A DNA stretch of 50,140 bases from Minisyncoccota bacterium (GCA_036517855.1 DATDSR010000021.1:1-50140); one strand, 5' to 3'. Counted from the stretch's first letter, positions 23,133 through 32,586 are shown. The notes: a model not told the origin generated them from the letters alone. Numbers and translations: made by a program.

Positions 23133-26100
23133 ATGGCAGATAACAAGACAAATAAAGATATAAAATCAGACGTGGCTAAGCGCGAGGAGGAGACTCTGCG
23201 CTTTTGGCAAGAGAAAGGCATATTTGAAGCCACTTTGTCAAATAGACAAGGCAAACCCGAGTTTGTCTTCTACGATGGGCCGCCTTTCGCAACCGGTTTG
23301 CCTCATACGGGATCATTGCTCTCTTCGGTCATAAAAGATGTTATCCCGCGCTATAAAACAATGCGCGGTTTCTATGTGCGTCGCCGTTGGGGTTGGGATA
23401 CCCACGGTCTACCTATCGAGAATATGGTTGAGAAGGATTTGGGTTTGAAGAGTAAGAAGGATATCGAGGCGATGGGCATCGAGAAGTTCAACGAGCTTTG
23501 TCGTGCCCAAGTGCTTGAATATGTGAATGATTGGAAGCGCTACATTGACCGCATTGGTCGCTGGGTAGACTTCGACAACTCATACAAAACGATGGATGCC
23601 ACTTACACAGAGAGTGTGTGGTGGGCGCTTAAGCAAATGCACGAAAAAGGTTTGCTCTATGAAGGGCGCAAGGTACTTATGTATTGTCCGCACTGTGAGA
23701 CGCCATTGGCCAAAGCCGAGATAGCGATGGATAACAGCTACAAGGATGTAACCGAAGAAGCCGTGACTGTTAAATTTAAATTGCAAATTGCAAATTCAAA
23801 ACATTTCAACATTGCAGATACGCCCACGTATCTGCTGGCCTGGACCACTACGCCGTGGACTCTGCCCGCAAATGTAGCTTTGGCTGTCGGGCCTGAAATT
23901 GAATACTCACTGGTATCCCTCCCCGAACCCTCCCTTAATTTAAGGGAGGGCAGGGTGGGATATGTAGTCGCCTCTGCCCTTGTCCCCAAAATCTTTGGCG
24001 AAAATATAAAAATAGAGAAAACTTTCTTTGGCAAAGAGCTGGAGGGACTTGAATATGAGCCTCTCTATGAACTTGATGCGGTGAAGAAAACTGGCAAGCG
24101 CTCGCACTACGTTGCCCTTGCAGATTTTGTGAACACGGAGGATGGGACGGGCATAGTGCATACGGCTGTTATATATGGCGAGGATGACTATCAGTTGGGG
24201 CTCAAACAGGATTTGCCCATGGTGCCACTCTTAAATCCAAACGGTACTTATAATAACGATGCGCCCGAGTTTCTGCGTGGGCAATATATAAAGAAAGCCG
24301 ACAAGATGGTTATTGAGGACCTCGAGAGGCCGGAGCGAAATCTTTTATTCGCAAAAGCGCCCAACACTCACAGCTATCCGCATTGCTATCGATGTGGCAC
24401 AGCCCTCATATATAACGCCCTCTCAAGTTGGTTTATAAATATCCAAAAGATTAAGGCGCGGATGTTAGAGCTTAACGAAAATATTAATTGGGTGCCAGAG
24501 CACTTAAAGCACGGCCGTTTTAAAAACATCGTGGAGAGTGCCCCCGACTGGACAATCTCACGCAATCGTTATTGGGCCAGCCCTTTGCCGATATGGAAGT
24601 GCGCCGAGTGTAAAAAAGTTGAAGTGGTTGGCTCGCTGGAGGAGCTTAGCGGCAAGGCGGCTAAGTCGGGAAACACATATCTCTTAATGCGGCACGGTGA
24701 GTCGGTGTCTAATTTGGGAGAGTTGATAGACGCGATACCAGGCGGTTCTGGTGATGTGCTGACAGAGAGAGGCAAAGAGCAAGTCACTAAAAGTGCAATT
24801 AAGTTGAGCAAAGTGGATTACATATTCCACTCACCTTTCAATCGTTCCAAGCAAAGCGCGCAGATTGCAGCGCAAGTTCTTGGAGTTTCGCCAGAGAATA
24901 TTGTAGAAGACGATCGTGTAGGTGAGTACCAGGCACCTGGTTGGGAGGGTCGTACATGGTCGCAACTATGGGCAGAAGTTTCAAATGCGAGAGATAATCT
25001 TCCACATACACTAGGTCGTATGTTTTCTTTCCTGGGAGGAATTGATAACAAGTATCGCGGCAAAAAAATTCTTGTGATCTCTCACGGTCTGCCAATTTGT
25101 CTGTTGATGGGGATTGATCGAGAACTCGCCAATGCAGAAGTAAACGAGTTCAAATACATACCAACCCCGCGCAACGCTCGCGGAGAGCTCGACTTCCATC
25201 GGCCATACATAGATGAGATAAAACTCAAGTGCCCTTGTGGTGGCGAGATGGTAAGGATACCTGAAGTGGTGGACTGTTGGGTAGAGTCCGGCTCGATGCC
25301 TTTTGCCGAGTATCATTACCCGTTTGAAAACAAGAGCGAGTTTGAGAAGCGTAGCCCAGGAGATTTCATAGCTGAATATGTGGGTCAAACACGCACGTGG
25401 TTTTATTATTTGCACACCCTTTCAACTTTGCTATTCGGCCATGAAGCATTTAAGAATGTTGTTGTGACTGGTAATATCCTTGCCGCCGATGGGGGCAAGA
25501 TGAGCAAGAGCAAGGGTAATTACACCGATCCACTTGAACTCATAGCCCGCTACGGCGCGGACGCCTATCGTTACCACTTGATGACAAGTGTGGTAATGGC
25601 TGCTGAGGACTTCAACTTTACCGACGATGGAGTGAAGGAAGTGCAGCAGCGTCTGGTGAACATCCTTTGGAACTCACTCCAGTTTTACCTAATGTACGCA
25701 GGAGAAACTCAAAAGGCAAAAGGCAAAGGTCAAAATTACAATTCAAAATCTGAAAATGTTTTGGATAAGTGGATTCTCGCTCGCTTGGTCGAGCTGCACA
25801 AGGAAGTAACAGAGAATTTGGATAAATACGATACGATTAAAGCTGGTCGCCCAATAAAAGATTTCGTCACCGATTTTTCAACCTGGTACATCCGCCGCTC
25901 ACGCGATCGCTTCAAGAGTGATGACGTGGCAGATAGGGAAGCGGCAATCGGCACAACCCGCTTTGTGCTCCTCGAACTCTCTAAACTCATAGCTCCCTTT
26001 ATGCCCTTCCTCGCCGAGCAAATCTACAAAGCCGTCGGCGGCCCACTCGATTCAGTCCACCTCGAAAACTGGAGTGAATTTAAGGTTGAGGAAGAACATT

Positions 26101-26576
26101 CCAACATTCTTAAGAACATGAGAGTGTCACGTGAGGTGGTAACCCTTGCGCTTGATGCACGTTCGGCCGCGAACATAAAAGTGAGACAGCCTCTGCAGTA
26201 TTTAAGATATCAAACAAACAAACTCGAGGCAGAATACGAAAAGATAATCGCGGACGAAGTAAACGTAAAGGAAGCCAAGCATACAGAGGAAATTCGTGAG
26301 CAAGACGGTCGGGTGATTAAAGAATCAAATGGTGTGCGCGTTGGCCTTAACATAGAAATCACCCCAGAACTCAAACTCGAAGGCGATATGCGTGATTTAG
26401 TGCGCCAAATTCAAGAAAAGCGCAAAGAAATGGGCCTTGCTCCCGGCGACAAAATCACTGTCACCTTGCCCCAATCACTGAGCGACCTGGTCGCTAAGTA
26501 TGAGGCAGAAATCAAAAAAGCCGTCCACGCCAATGGTTTGACCATGGGCGACGAACTTAAAATAGAAAAAGCATGA
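23133..26576 (+). CDS. ileS: isoleucine--tRNA ligase with nested histidine-phosphatase-like domain
   Basis: PPFATGLPHTGS is the HIGH region and WTTTPWTLPAN the editing-domain motif. WKCAECKK ... KCPCGG are the zinc knuckles, followed by CWVESGSMPF and GGKMSKSKGN (KMSKS). At 1147 aa it is longer than the conserved parts account for. Confidence 0.95.
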   Translation: MADNKTNKDIKSDVAKREEETLRFWQEKGIFEATLSNRQGKPEFVFYDGPPFATGLPHTGSLLSSVIKDVIPRYKTMRGFYVRRRWGWDTHGLPIENMVEKDLGLKSKKDIEAMGIEKFNELCRAQVLEYVNDWKRYIDRIGRWVDFDNSYKTMDATYTESVWWALKQMHEKGLLYEGRKVLMYCPHCETPLAKAEIAMDNSYKDVTEEAVTVKFKLQIANSKHFNIADTPTYLLAWTTTPWTLPANVALAVGPEIEYSLVSLPEPSLNLREGRVGYVVASALVPKIFGENIKIEKTFFGKELEGLEYEPLYELDAVKKTGKRSHYVALADFVNTEDGTGIVHTAVIYGEDDYQLGLKQDLPMVPLLNPNGTYNNDAPEFLRGQYIKKADKMVIEDLERPERNLLFAKAPNTHSYPHCYRCGTALIYNALSSWFINIQKIKARMLELNENINWVPEHLKHGRFKNIVESAPDWTISRNRYWASPLPIWKCAECKKVEVVGSLEELSGKAAKSGNTYLLMRHGESVSNLGELIDAIPGGSGDVLTERGKEQVTKSAIKLSKVDYIFHSPFNRSKQSAQIAAQVLGVSPENIVEDDRVGEYQAPGWEGRTWSQLWAEVSNARDNLPHTLGRMFSFLGGIDNKYRGKKILVISHGLPICLLMGIDRELANAEVNEFKYIPTPRNARGELDFHRPYIDEIKLKCPCGGEMVRIPEVVDCWVESGSMPFAEYHYPFENKSEFEKRSPGDFIAEYVGQTRTWFYYLHTLSTLLFGHEAFKNVVVTGNILAADGGKMSKSKGNYTDPLELIARYGADAYRYHLMTSVVMAAEDFNFTDDGVKEVQQRLVNILWNSLQFYLMYAGETQKAKGKGQNYNSKSENVLDKWILARLVELHKEVTENLDKYDTIKAGRPIKDFVTDFSTWYIRRSRDRFKSDDVADREAAIGTTRFVLLELSKLIAPFMPFLAEQIYKAVGGPLDSVHLENWSEFKVEEEHSNILKNMRVSREVVTLALDARSAANIKVRQPLQYLRYQTNKLEAEYEKIIADEVNVKEAKHTEEIREQDGRVIKESNGVRVGLNIEITPELKLEGDMRDLVRQIQEKRKEMGLAPGDKITVTLPQSLSDLVAKYEAEIKKAVHANGLTMGDELKIEKA
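24650..25190 (+). other. in-frame histidine phosphatase (PGAM/His_Phos_1-like) domain inserted in IleRS
   Basis: The motifs are YLLMRHGESVSN (RHG), LTERGKEQ, FHSPFNRSKQSAQIAA, DDRVGEYQAPGWEGRTW and KILVISHGLPI (SHG). They fall at about aa 507-685 of the ileS product. Confidence 0.7.
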
Positions 26577-27139
26577 AGCGTGCAATCGTTGTGCATCAAT
26601 GGGGAGCTAATCCGAGTCGTGATTGGCACCCCTGGTTGAAGGGGCAGCTGGAGGAGAAAGGTTTCGAGGTTCTTGTGCCCGAAATGCCGGATACTGACGC
26701 ACCAGAGATAGACAAATGGGTTGGGCGGTTAGCTGAAGTGGTTGGCAAAGCCAGTAAAGATACGATTTTGATTGGCCATTCGGTTGGTTGTCAAACAATA
26801 TTACGTTATCTGCAAACTCTTGGGACGGGGGAGAGGGTTAATAAAGTAGTATTGGTCGCTCCATGGCTCGAGCTTTCGTCAGAAGTTATGCAAGAGCCAG
26901 CCTACGGACCCCTGGCCAAATCTTGGTTGGAAACGCCTATTGATTGGGACAAGGTCAAACAGCATTCTGATTCCTTCACCTGCTTCTTTTCCAAAGACGA
27001 TCCATATGTACCGATTGCCAATGCAGAAATTTTCGGCAAGCTACTGGGTGCTAAAATAATAATCGAAGATGATATGGGCCACTACGAAGATGACAGCAAT
27101 GTCAAAGAAGTCCCTCAAGTTTTGAAAGAAATAATCTGA
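26573..27139 (+). CDS. alpha/beta serine hydrolase, YdeN/RBBP9-like
   Basis: 188 aa with a GHSVGC nucleophile elbow. The start overlaps the ileS stop (ATGA). Confidence 0.75.
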   Translation: MKRAIVVHQWGANPSRDWHPWLKGQLEEKGFEVLVPEMPDTDAPEIDKWVGRLAEVVGKASKDTILIGHSVGCQTILRYLQTLGTGERVNKVVLVAPWLELSSEVMQEPAYGPLAKSWLETPIDWDKVKQHSDSFTCFFSKDDPYVPIANAEIFGKLLGAKIIIEDDMGHYEDDSNVKEVPQVLKEII

Positions 27140-27612
27140 TGGCAGAACGGGTAATTACAACTGAAGCTTTGGTGGTGGGGTCGCGGCCGAGTGGGGAGGC
27201 AAGCTTAGTACTTACCCTATTCACGCGGGAGATGGGGTTGGTGCAGGCTTATGCTCGCGGGGTGCGTTTGCACAAGGCCAAGTTGCGATATCACGTGCAG
27301 GATTATTCTTTTGCCAATGTCACACTAGTGCCTGGAGTTGAGTATTGGCGCCTCATTGGTGCCATTCCCTCGAGTATTGGCGTTAATCAAGCCACAACCT
27401 ACTTAGCTCAGGCATCGGGGCTCATAAATCGCTTTATGGGTTTGCACCAGGCGCATCCGGAGATATTTGACTTACTTGATGGTTGTGAAGGTGATTCACA
27501 GCGTTTCTCGTTGGGGATGCTTGACCATTTGGGTTATGTGGGTGTGGAAGCACGTTCGCCTGTGCACGCCACAGCTCTCATTGAGCGGGCGTATCGCGAG
27601 AGCCACCTTTAG
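27139..27612 (+). CDS. recO: short RecO-like DNA repair protein
   Basis: An N-terminal OB-like pattern (TEALVVGSRPSGEASLVLTLFTREMGLVQAYARGVR) is present. The protein is shorter than canonical RecO. Confidence 0.55.
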   Translation: MAERVITTEALVVGSRPSGEASLVLTLFTREMGLVQAYARGVRLHKAKLRYHVQDYSFANVTLVPGVEYWRLIGAIPSSIGVNQATTYLAQASGLINRFMGLHQAHPEIFDLLDGCEGDSQRFSLGMLDHLGYVGVEARSPVHATALIERAYRESHL

Positions 27613-27634
27613 CCCCGACCGAGGCGTCGGGGTG

Positions 27635-27643
27635 TGTTATAAT
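27635..27643 (+). promoter_or_regulatory. extended -10 TGtTATAAT exactly 6 nt upstream of ATG 27650
   Basis: It follows a CCCCGAC/GTCGGGG hairpin (27613..27632). No SD is present, which suggests a leaderless mRNA. Confidence 0.45.
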
Positions 27644-27649
27644 TTGCCA

Positions 27650-29560
27650 ATGCCTCCAGAGGGAAGTCAGAATTTAATAGATAGGATGAAAGAGCGTCTA
27701 TACAGACGTGGTGCATTTAAGGCAGATGTGTCACGTTCCAAATTTTCCCAAGCGCGCGACGATGTACCCACAGCTTTCACCCCATCCGAAGATACAAGTG
27801 GCAGTGGCATGCTAACACCTAAGTTACTAAAAAAATTACTTATCTTCGCAACTGCCTTTTTCGTGATGGCTGTAATGGCCGCGATATACATTGTGTGGTC
27901 TGGCTCAAATGTGGTCTCTTCTAGTAACCTCGACATTGCTCTTAAGGGCCCGGTTTCGATTAAAGCTGGCGAAGAGCTCTCGCTCGGTGTTATCATTTCC
28001 AACAATAACAGTATAAATCTTGAGGGTGCTGATTTGCTGGTGACTTTTCCCCCAGGCACACGTACCCCAGGTAATCTTGAGCAAGAGCAGCAACATTACC
28101 GCAAAGACCTTGGTGTCATTACACAAGGGCAAGTGCGCAACGAGAGGATTAAGGCCGTCTTGTTCGGTCCTGCTGGGAGCACCCAAGATATCAAGATCGT
28201 ATTGGAATATCGGACGGCTGGTAGCAATGCGATTTTTGAAAAAACCGTTACTTACAAAGCGAATATAAGTTCGGCTCCACTCGACATTGTTCTTGTTATG
28301 CCAGATGAGGTCACGGCCGGTGGCCAGATCGATTTATCATTTGATCTCTCAACGGGCAGTGCCGAGGGGCTCTCGGGTGTTCTCTTGCAACTTACGTACC
28401 CGTCAGGCTTTAAGTTCGTCTCGGCTACCCCTAAACCAGTTGCAGGTAACAATGTGTGGGGTATCGGCACTTTGAGCTCGCACGCTCCAAGGCATATTAG
28501 CGTTTCGGGTATACTCGACGGTCAGGATGGGGAAGAGAAGCTCTTCAAAGCTTTGGCCGGCTCCGCCTCTGCCCAATCAGAAAGCAAAGTGGGGGTGCCT
28601 TATGCTAGCGCTTTGCACACTGTTAGTATGCGCAAATCGTTTGTCGGTCTATCGTCCACCCTAAACGGTGAAGCAGGGGCGGAACTTGTAGCAAATCCTG
28701 CCACCACAATCCGTGGCGACATAACCTGGGTCAATAATTTGCCTGATAAGATACAAGATGCGCAAGTGCACGTAAGTTTCGCTGGCAGCGCTTTCGATCA
28801 GGCGAGTGTAGTACCGGGTAATGGCGCGTATGCTTCGATTAATAATACGATTGAGTGGAAGCAACAACACGAACAAAGCCTCGGCATTATTGATGCCGGC
28901 GGTACCTCGCATGTTAATTTTGACTTCAACACACTGCCAGTATCGGCTCTCACAAATTCGGATGCCAAGAATCCCTATGTTGACCTCACAATTACGTTTG
29001 ACGGTACGCGCGTGATAAACGGAGCGCCTGGCTCGTCCGTTCATGCGAGAGTTACCAAGCGCGTCAAAGTTAATTCCAAACTCGACTTGGTGACCCGAGC
29101 GGTTTACTCAAGTGGCCCCTTCTTAAACACGGGCCCACTACCACCCAAGGCCAATGTGGAGACTACCTACACCGTGCTCTGGTCGGCGGTCAACACCTCT
29201 AATGAGGTCGACAATCTTACCGTCACAGCCGTGCTCCCCAGCCACTCTCGCTTTGCGAACAACATATCACCAGCCGCCGCCAATCTAAAGTATGATCCAA
29301 CCCGTGGCACCATTACGTGGAACATTGGTCGCTTGCCTGCGGGCAACTTGGGTGCGCCAGGTGCGGAGGTTGCCTTTCAGATTGCCCTCCTGCCTTCCGT
29401 AACCCAGGTGGGTCAGACCTTGCCCCTTGTCACCAACATGGCGGCCCAAGGCACCGACCTCTTTACAGGCACGACCTTGCAGGATAGTGTAAACCTCATA
29501 GATATGCGCGTATCCACTGACCCCAACTTCCAAGAGGAGTGGGCCAGGGTCTCACAGTAA
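27650..29560 (+). CDS. membrane-anchored protein with repeated beta-sandwich (DUF11/CARDB-like) regions
   Basis: ORF 27467..29560 trimmed to ATG 27650, because the upstream part overlaps recO. It has a TM segment (LLIFATAFFVMAVMAAIYIVW) and then a long Ser/Thr/Asn/Val-rich extracellular part. Confidence 0.65.
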   Translation: MPPEGSQNLIDRMKERLYRRGAFKADVSRSKFSQARDDVPTAFTPSEDTSGSGMLTPKLLKKLLIFATAFFVMAVMAAIYIVWSGSNVVSSSNLDIALKGPVSIKAGEELSLGVIISNNNSINLEGADLLVTFPPGTRTPGNLEQEQQHYRKDLGVITQGQVRNERIKAVLFGPAGSTQDIKIVLEYRTAGSNAIFEKTVTYKANISSAPLDIVLVMPDEVTAGGQIDLSFDLSTGSAEGLSGVLLQLTYPSGFKFVSATPKPVAGNNVWGIGTLSSHAPRHISVSGILDGQDGEEKLFKALAGSASAQSESKVGVPYASALHTVSMRKSFVGLSSTLNGEAGAELVANPATTIRGDITWVNNLPDKIQDAQVHVSFAGSAFDQASVVPGNGAYASINNTIEWKQQHEQSLGIIDAGGTSHVNFDFNTLPVSALTNSDAKNPYVDLTITFDGTRVINGAPGSSVHARVTKRVKVNSKLDLVTRAVYSSGPFLNTGPLPPKANVETTYTVLWSAVNTSNEVDNLTVTAVLPSHSRFANNISPAAANLKYDPTRGTITWNIGRLPAGNLGAPGAEVAFQIALLPSVTQVGQTLPLVTNMAAQGTDLFTGTTLQDSVNLIDMRVSTDPNFQEEWARVSQ

Positions 29561-29561
29561 A

Positions 29562-30893
29562 ATGGAAAAAGAAAACAACAAACTCGAGAAGATAGTTGCC
29601 CTCTGCAAGAGGAGAGGCTTCGTCTTTCAAGGTTCCGAAATCTATGGTGGCTTGGCAGGTACTTGGGACTTTGGCCACCTTGGCTCTAAACTCTCACACA
29701 ATATCAAGGAGTTGTGGTGGAACAGGTTTGTTGAAAGTCGGGACGACATGTACGGCCTCGAGGCAAGTTCTATGATGCCCGAGAGCGTGTGGAAGGCGAG
29801 TGGTCACTTGGGAGAAGGATTTACTGATCCGATGATTGAGTGTACTAAATGTAAACGTAGATTTAGAGCGGACCACCTGGAAGACAAAGTTAAATGTCCC
29901 GAATGCGGGGGCAAACTTGGTGAAGAAAGGAAATTCAACACCATGTTCCCTGTCTCAGTTGGTAGCGCGGCCGGCTCCGCGAACACCGCCTATTTGCGGG
30001 GAGAATTGGCCCAGGCAATGTTTGTAAACTTTCGTAACTACATGGATACCGAGAGACCGAAGTTGCCGTTCGGTATCGCACAGATTGGAAGAGCGTATCG
30101 CAACGAGATTGCCGCGCGAGATTTTATCTTCCGTGTGCGTGAATGGAATTTGGCTGAGTTTGAGTATTTCGTGCGGGAGAAAGATTGGGAGGAGACCTTT
30201 GAAATGTGGCGCAAAGAAATGTGGGCCTGGATAGAGGAGGTAGGTATCGATAAAGACAAAGTACACGAGCTGGAGGTTGCTCCGGAAGACCGCGCCCATT
30301 ACTCCAAGCGTACTGTAGACTTTGAGTACGATTTCTCATTTGGCCGCAAGGAGCTTTATGGCCTGGCGTATAGGACTGATTTTGATCTTTCCAACCACGC
30401 TAAACACTCTGGTGTGGATATGAGTTACGCAGATCAGGAAGCAGGAGAGAAGTTTGTCCCGCATGTCATAGAACCTACCTTTGGTTTAGGAAGGACCATG
30501 TTGGCCATACTAGATAGTGCATTTACCGAGGATGAGCTTGGGGGTGAACCTCGCACATACCTCAAACTTTCGTCCAAGATCGCCCCAGTTAAAGCAGCCG
30601 TGTTTCCATTGCTCAAGAATAAACCCGAACTGGTTGAGAAAGCTCGGGAGGTTTATAAAATGCTGAAGAAGGAGATTCCACAGGTGGTGTGGGATGACAA
30701 CGGCAACATAGGCAAACGCTACCGCCGCCAAGACGAAATCGGCACCCCATTTTGTATCACTATTGACTTCGACACCCTCGGCGAAAAACCCGAACTCAAA
30801 GACACTGTGACATTACGTCACCGTGACACCGGCGAGCAGGAGCGTTTGCTACTGTCCGAGCTGGCTAATTTCATTTCCGAAAAAATAAAATGA
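29562..30893 (+). CDS. glyQS: glycine--tRNA ligase (alpha2 type)
   Basis: LCKRRGFVFQGSEIYGGLAGTWDFGHLG is the characteristic N-terminus. Class II motifs and a C-terminal anticodon-binding domain are present. Confidence 0.95.
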   Translation: MEKENNKLEKIVALCKRRGFVFQGSEIYGGLAGTWDFGHLGSKLSHNIKELWWNRFVESRDDMYGLEASSMMPESVWKASGHLGEGFTDPMIECTKCKRRFRADHLEDKVKCPECGGKLGEERKFNTMFPVSVGSAAGSANTAYLRGELAQAMFVNFRNYMDTERPKLPFGIAQIGRAYRNEIAARDFIFRVREWNLAEFEYFVREKDWEETFEMWRKEMWAWIEEVGIDKDKVHELEVAPEDRAHYSKRTVDFEYDFSFGRKELYGLAYRTDFDLSNHAKHSGVDMSYADQEAGEKFVPHVIEPTFGLGRTMLAILDSAFTEDELGGEPRTYLKLSSKIAPVKAAVFPLLKNKPELVEKAREVYKMLKKEIPQVVWDDNGNIGKRYRRQDEIGTPFCITIDFDTLGEKPELKDTVTLRHRDTGEQERLLLSELANFISEKIK

Positions 30894-31678
30894 GTCGTGA
30901 ACTTGTTTTTCTCGGTACTGGCAATGGTATGCCCAAGAGATCAAGCTGTAGTTCTATTTTGTTAAGAGATGGTACGCAAAATTTACTTATTGATACGGGT
31001 GGTGGTCAAGACCTTGTCCGTAACTTATTTGCTGCTGGTATTGACCCGAAGAGTATCTCCGATGTTTTTATCAGTCACTATGATAGTGACCACATATTGG
31101 GCATTGTGCCCCTAGTTAGAACATTCAACCGTGGCGGAAGAAATCATACTATACATTGTTCGGCGGATGTTAAAAAGGCCGTGGATTCATTGTTTCAGTA
31201 TGTTGCAGCCGACCATCACAAGGAGATGGGTGACAGATTGACAGTGAATGTGGCTAACGATCGTTCCAAAGTTAAGATTGGGAATTGGGCAGTTACCTTC
31301 TTTGATATAAAGAGCCCGGATGGTAGCCCGCAACTCGGTTTGGTTGTGGAATTTGCAGAGGGGAAGAAACTTGTTTTTCTTGGAGATGAGCCCATGCGTA
31401 ACCATTATCTTGACTTGGTGCAAGGTGCAGACGTTATGATTCACGATGCCTTTTGTCTTGCGAGGGACGAAGCCAAGTTCGAGCCACATCCGAAGAACCA
31501 TAGCACGGTGGCTGAAGCTGCAATGAATGCGGTGCAAGCTGGCACGAAGAGCCTGCTGTTGTTCCACATGGAAGATGACACACTAGCTACGCGTAAAGAG
31601 GAGTACGCAAAAGAAGCCAAGGCCTACTTTCAAGGTGAGGTCTTTGTGCCTATCGATTTAGATGTGTATACTTTCTGA
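30890..31678 (+). CDS. MBL-fold metallo-hydrolase (RNase Z/RNase BN-like)
   Basis: The metal-binding motif is ISHYDSDH (an HxHxDH variant). Downstream His/Asp residues (HDAF, FHM) are present. Confidence 0.75.
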   Translation: MSRELVFLGTGNGMPKRSSCSSILLRDGTQNLLIDTGGGQDLVRNLFAAGIDPKSISDVFISHYDSDHILGIVPLVRTFNRGGRNHTIHCSADVKKAVDSLFQYVAADHHKEMGDRLTVNVANDRSKVKIGNWAVTFFDIKSPDGSPQLGLVVEFAEGKKLVFLGDEPMRNHYLDLVQGADVMIHDAFCLARDEAKFEPHPKNHSTVAEAAMNAVQAGTKSLLLFHMEDDTLATRKEEYAKEAKAYFQGEVFVPIDLDVYTF

Positions 31679-31680
31679 TT

Positions 31681-31941
31681 ATGAAAATAGAGAAGAAATG
31701 TTGGCCTGAATACTTCCAGAAAGTTGTTGATGGTACAAAGAAATTTGAACTACGCCTTGCTGATTGGGAGATAGCGGAGGGGGATACTTTGGTTCTAAAG
31801 GAGTGGGATCCTGAAAATAAGAGTTACACCGGAAGGGAGATTTCGAAAGTTGCCACTTGCGTGGTCAAGACCAAGGGGCAGAAATTCTGGTCTGAGGATG
31901 ATGTTGTCAGGCACGGATTCCAAGTAATAGGTTTTAAATAA
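31681..31941 (+). CDS. DUF3850/ASCH-like small protein, paralog 1
   Basis: MKIEKKCWPEYFQKVVDGTKKFELRLAD...GDTLVLKEWD. It is similar to the paralog at 32326..32586. Confidence 0.65.
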   Translation: MKIEKKCWPEYFQKVVDGTKKFELRLADWEIAEGDTLVLKEWDPENKSYTGREISKVATCVVKTKGQKFWSEDDVVRHGFQVIGFK

Positions 31942-31942
31942 T

Positions 31943-32329
31943 ATGAGAACAATCGAGAAATTAGTTTTGAAGCATCTTCGAGATCGGGGGTGGGACAAAC
32001 TGCGGCCTTCTGACCTTGCCAAGTCTATTAGTATTGAGGCGGCTGAGCTGCTTGAGCTCTTTCAGTGGGTGAGTGTGACACTTGAAGAGACAAAGAAGGA
32101 TAAAGGAAAGATTAAGGCAATCAAAAATGAGTTGGCCGATGTTTTAATATATTGCCTTGAGATGTCAGTGCTACTTGGTTTAGATACAGAAAAGATTGTA
32201 AAGACCAAACTTGCTTATGTGGCGAAAAAGTACCCGGCCAAACTTATGAAAAAGCGCCAAGTCGAGGCAGGGTCAGACTCTGACGTGTATTGGAAGATTA
32301 AGAAGGCTTATAGAATGAAAGGCTTATGA
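31943..32329 (+). CDS. MazG-like nucleoside triphosphate pyrophosphohydrolase (dCTPase-type)
   Basis: The all-alpha NTP-PPase motifs are EAAELLELFQW and ELADVLIYCLEMS. Confidence 0.8.
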   Translation: MRTIEKLVLKHLRDRGWDKLRPSDLAKSISIEAAELLELFQWVSVTLEETKKDKGKIKAIKNELADVLIYCLEMSVLLGLDTEKIVKTKLAYVAKKYPAKLMKKRQVEAGSDSDVYWKIKKAYRMKGL

Positions 32330-32586
32330 AGATTGAGAAGAAGTGTTGGCCGGAGCAGTTTACGGGGCTTTTGAGTGGGGGACGAAGGCTTAATTTAAGA
32401 TTGGCGGATTTTAAGGTCAAGGCGGGGGACACTCTCATTCTGCGCGAGTGGGACAGGCGTACTCGCAAGTACACAGGCCGGGAACTTAAGCGCAAGGTGG
32501 GGGAGGTCCTGCCGGTGAGGCCTGACCCCTATTATGACCCAAAGATAGCCGAGCATTATGGTTTTAACGTGCTTCTGTTAGAATAA
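32326..32586 (+). CDS. DUF3850/ASCH-like small protein, paralog 2
   Basis: MKIEKKCWPEQFTGLLSGGRRLNLRLAD...GDTLILREWD. The start overlaps the mazG-like stop. Confidence 0.65.
   Translation: MKIEKKCWPEQFTGLLSGGRRLNLRLADFKVKAGDTLILREWDRRTRKYTGRELKRKVGEVLPVRPDPYYDPKIAEHYGFNVLLLE

Noticed and set aside
27467-27649. N-terminal extension of ORF 27467..29560, and similarly 35021..35128 upstream of tatD, 15674..15709, 20153..20170 and 44162..44221.
   Set aside because: The extensions overlap the upstream genes (recO, metG) or precede obvious signal peptides and conserved N-termini. Internal ATGs give products that begin at the conserved or signal sequence.
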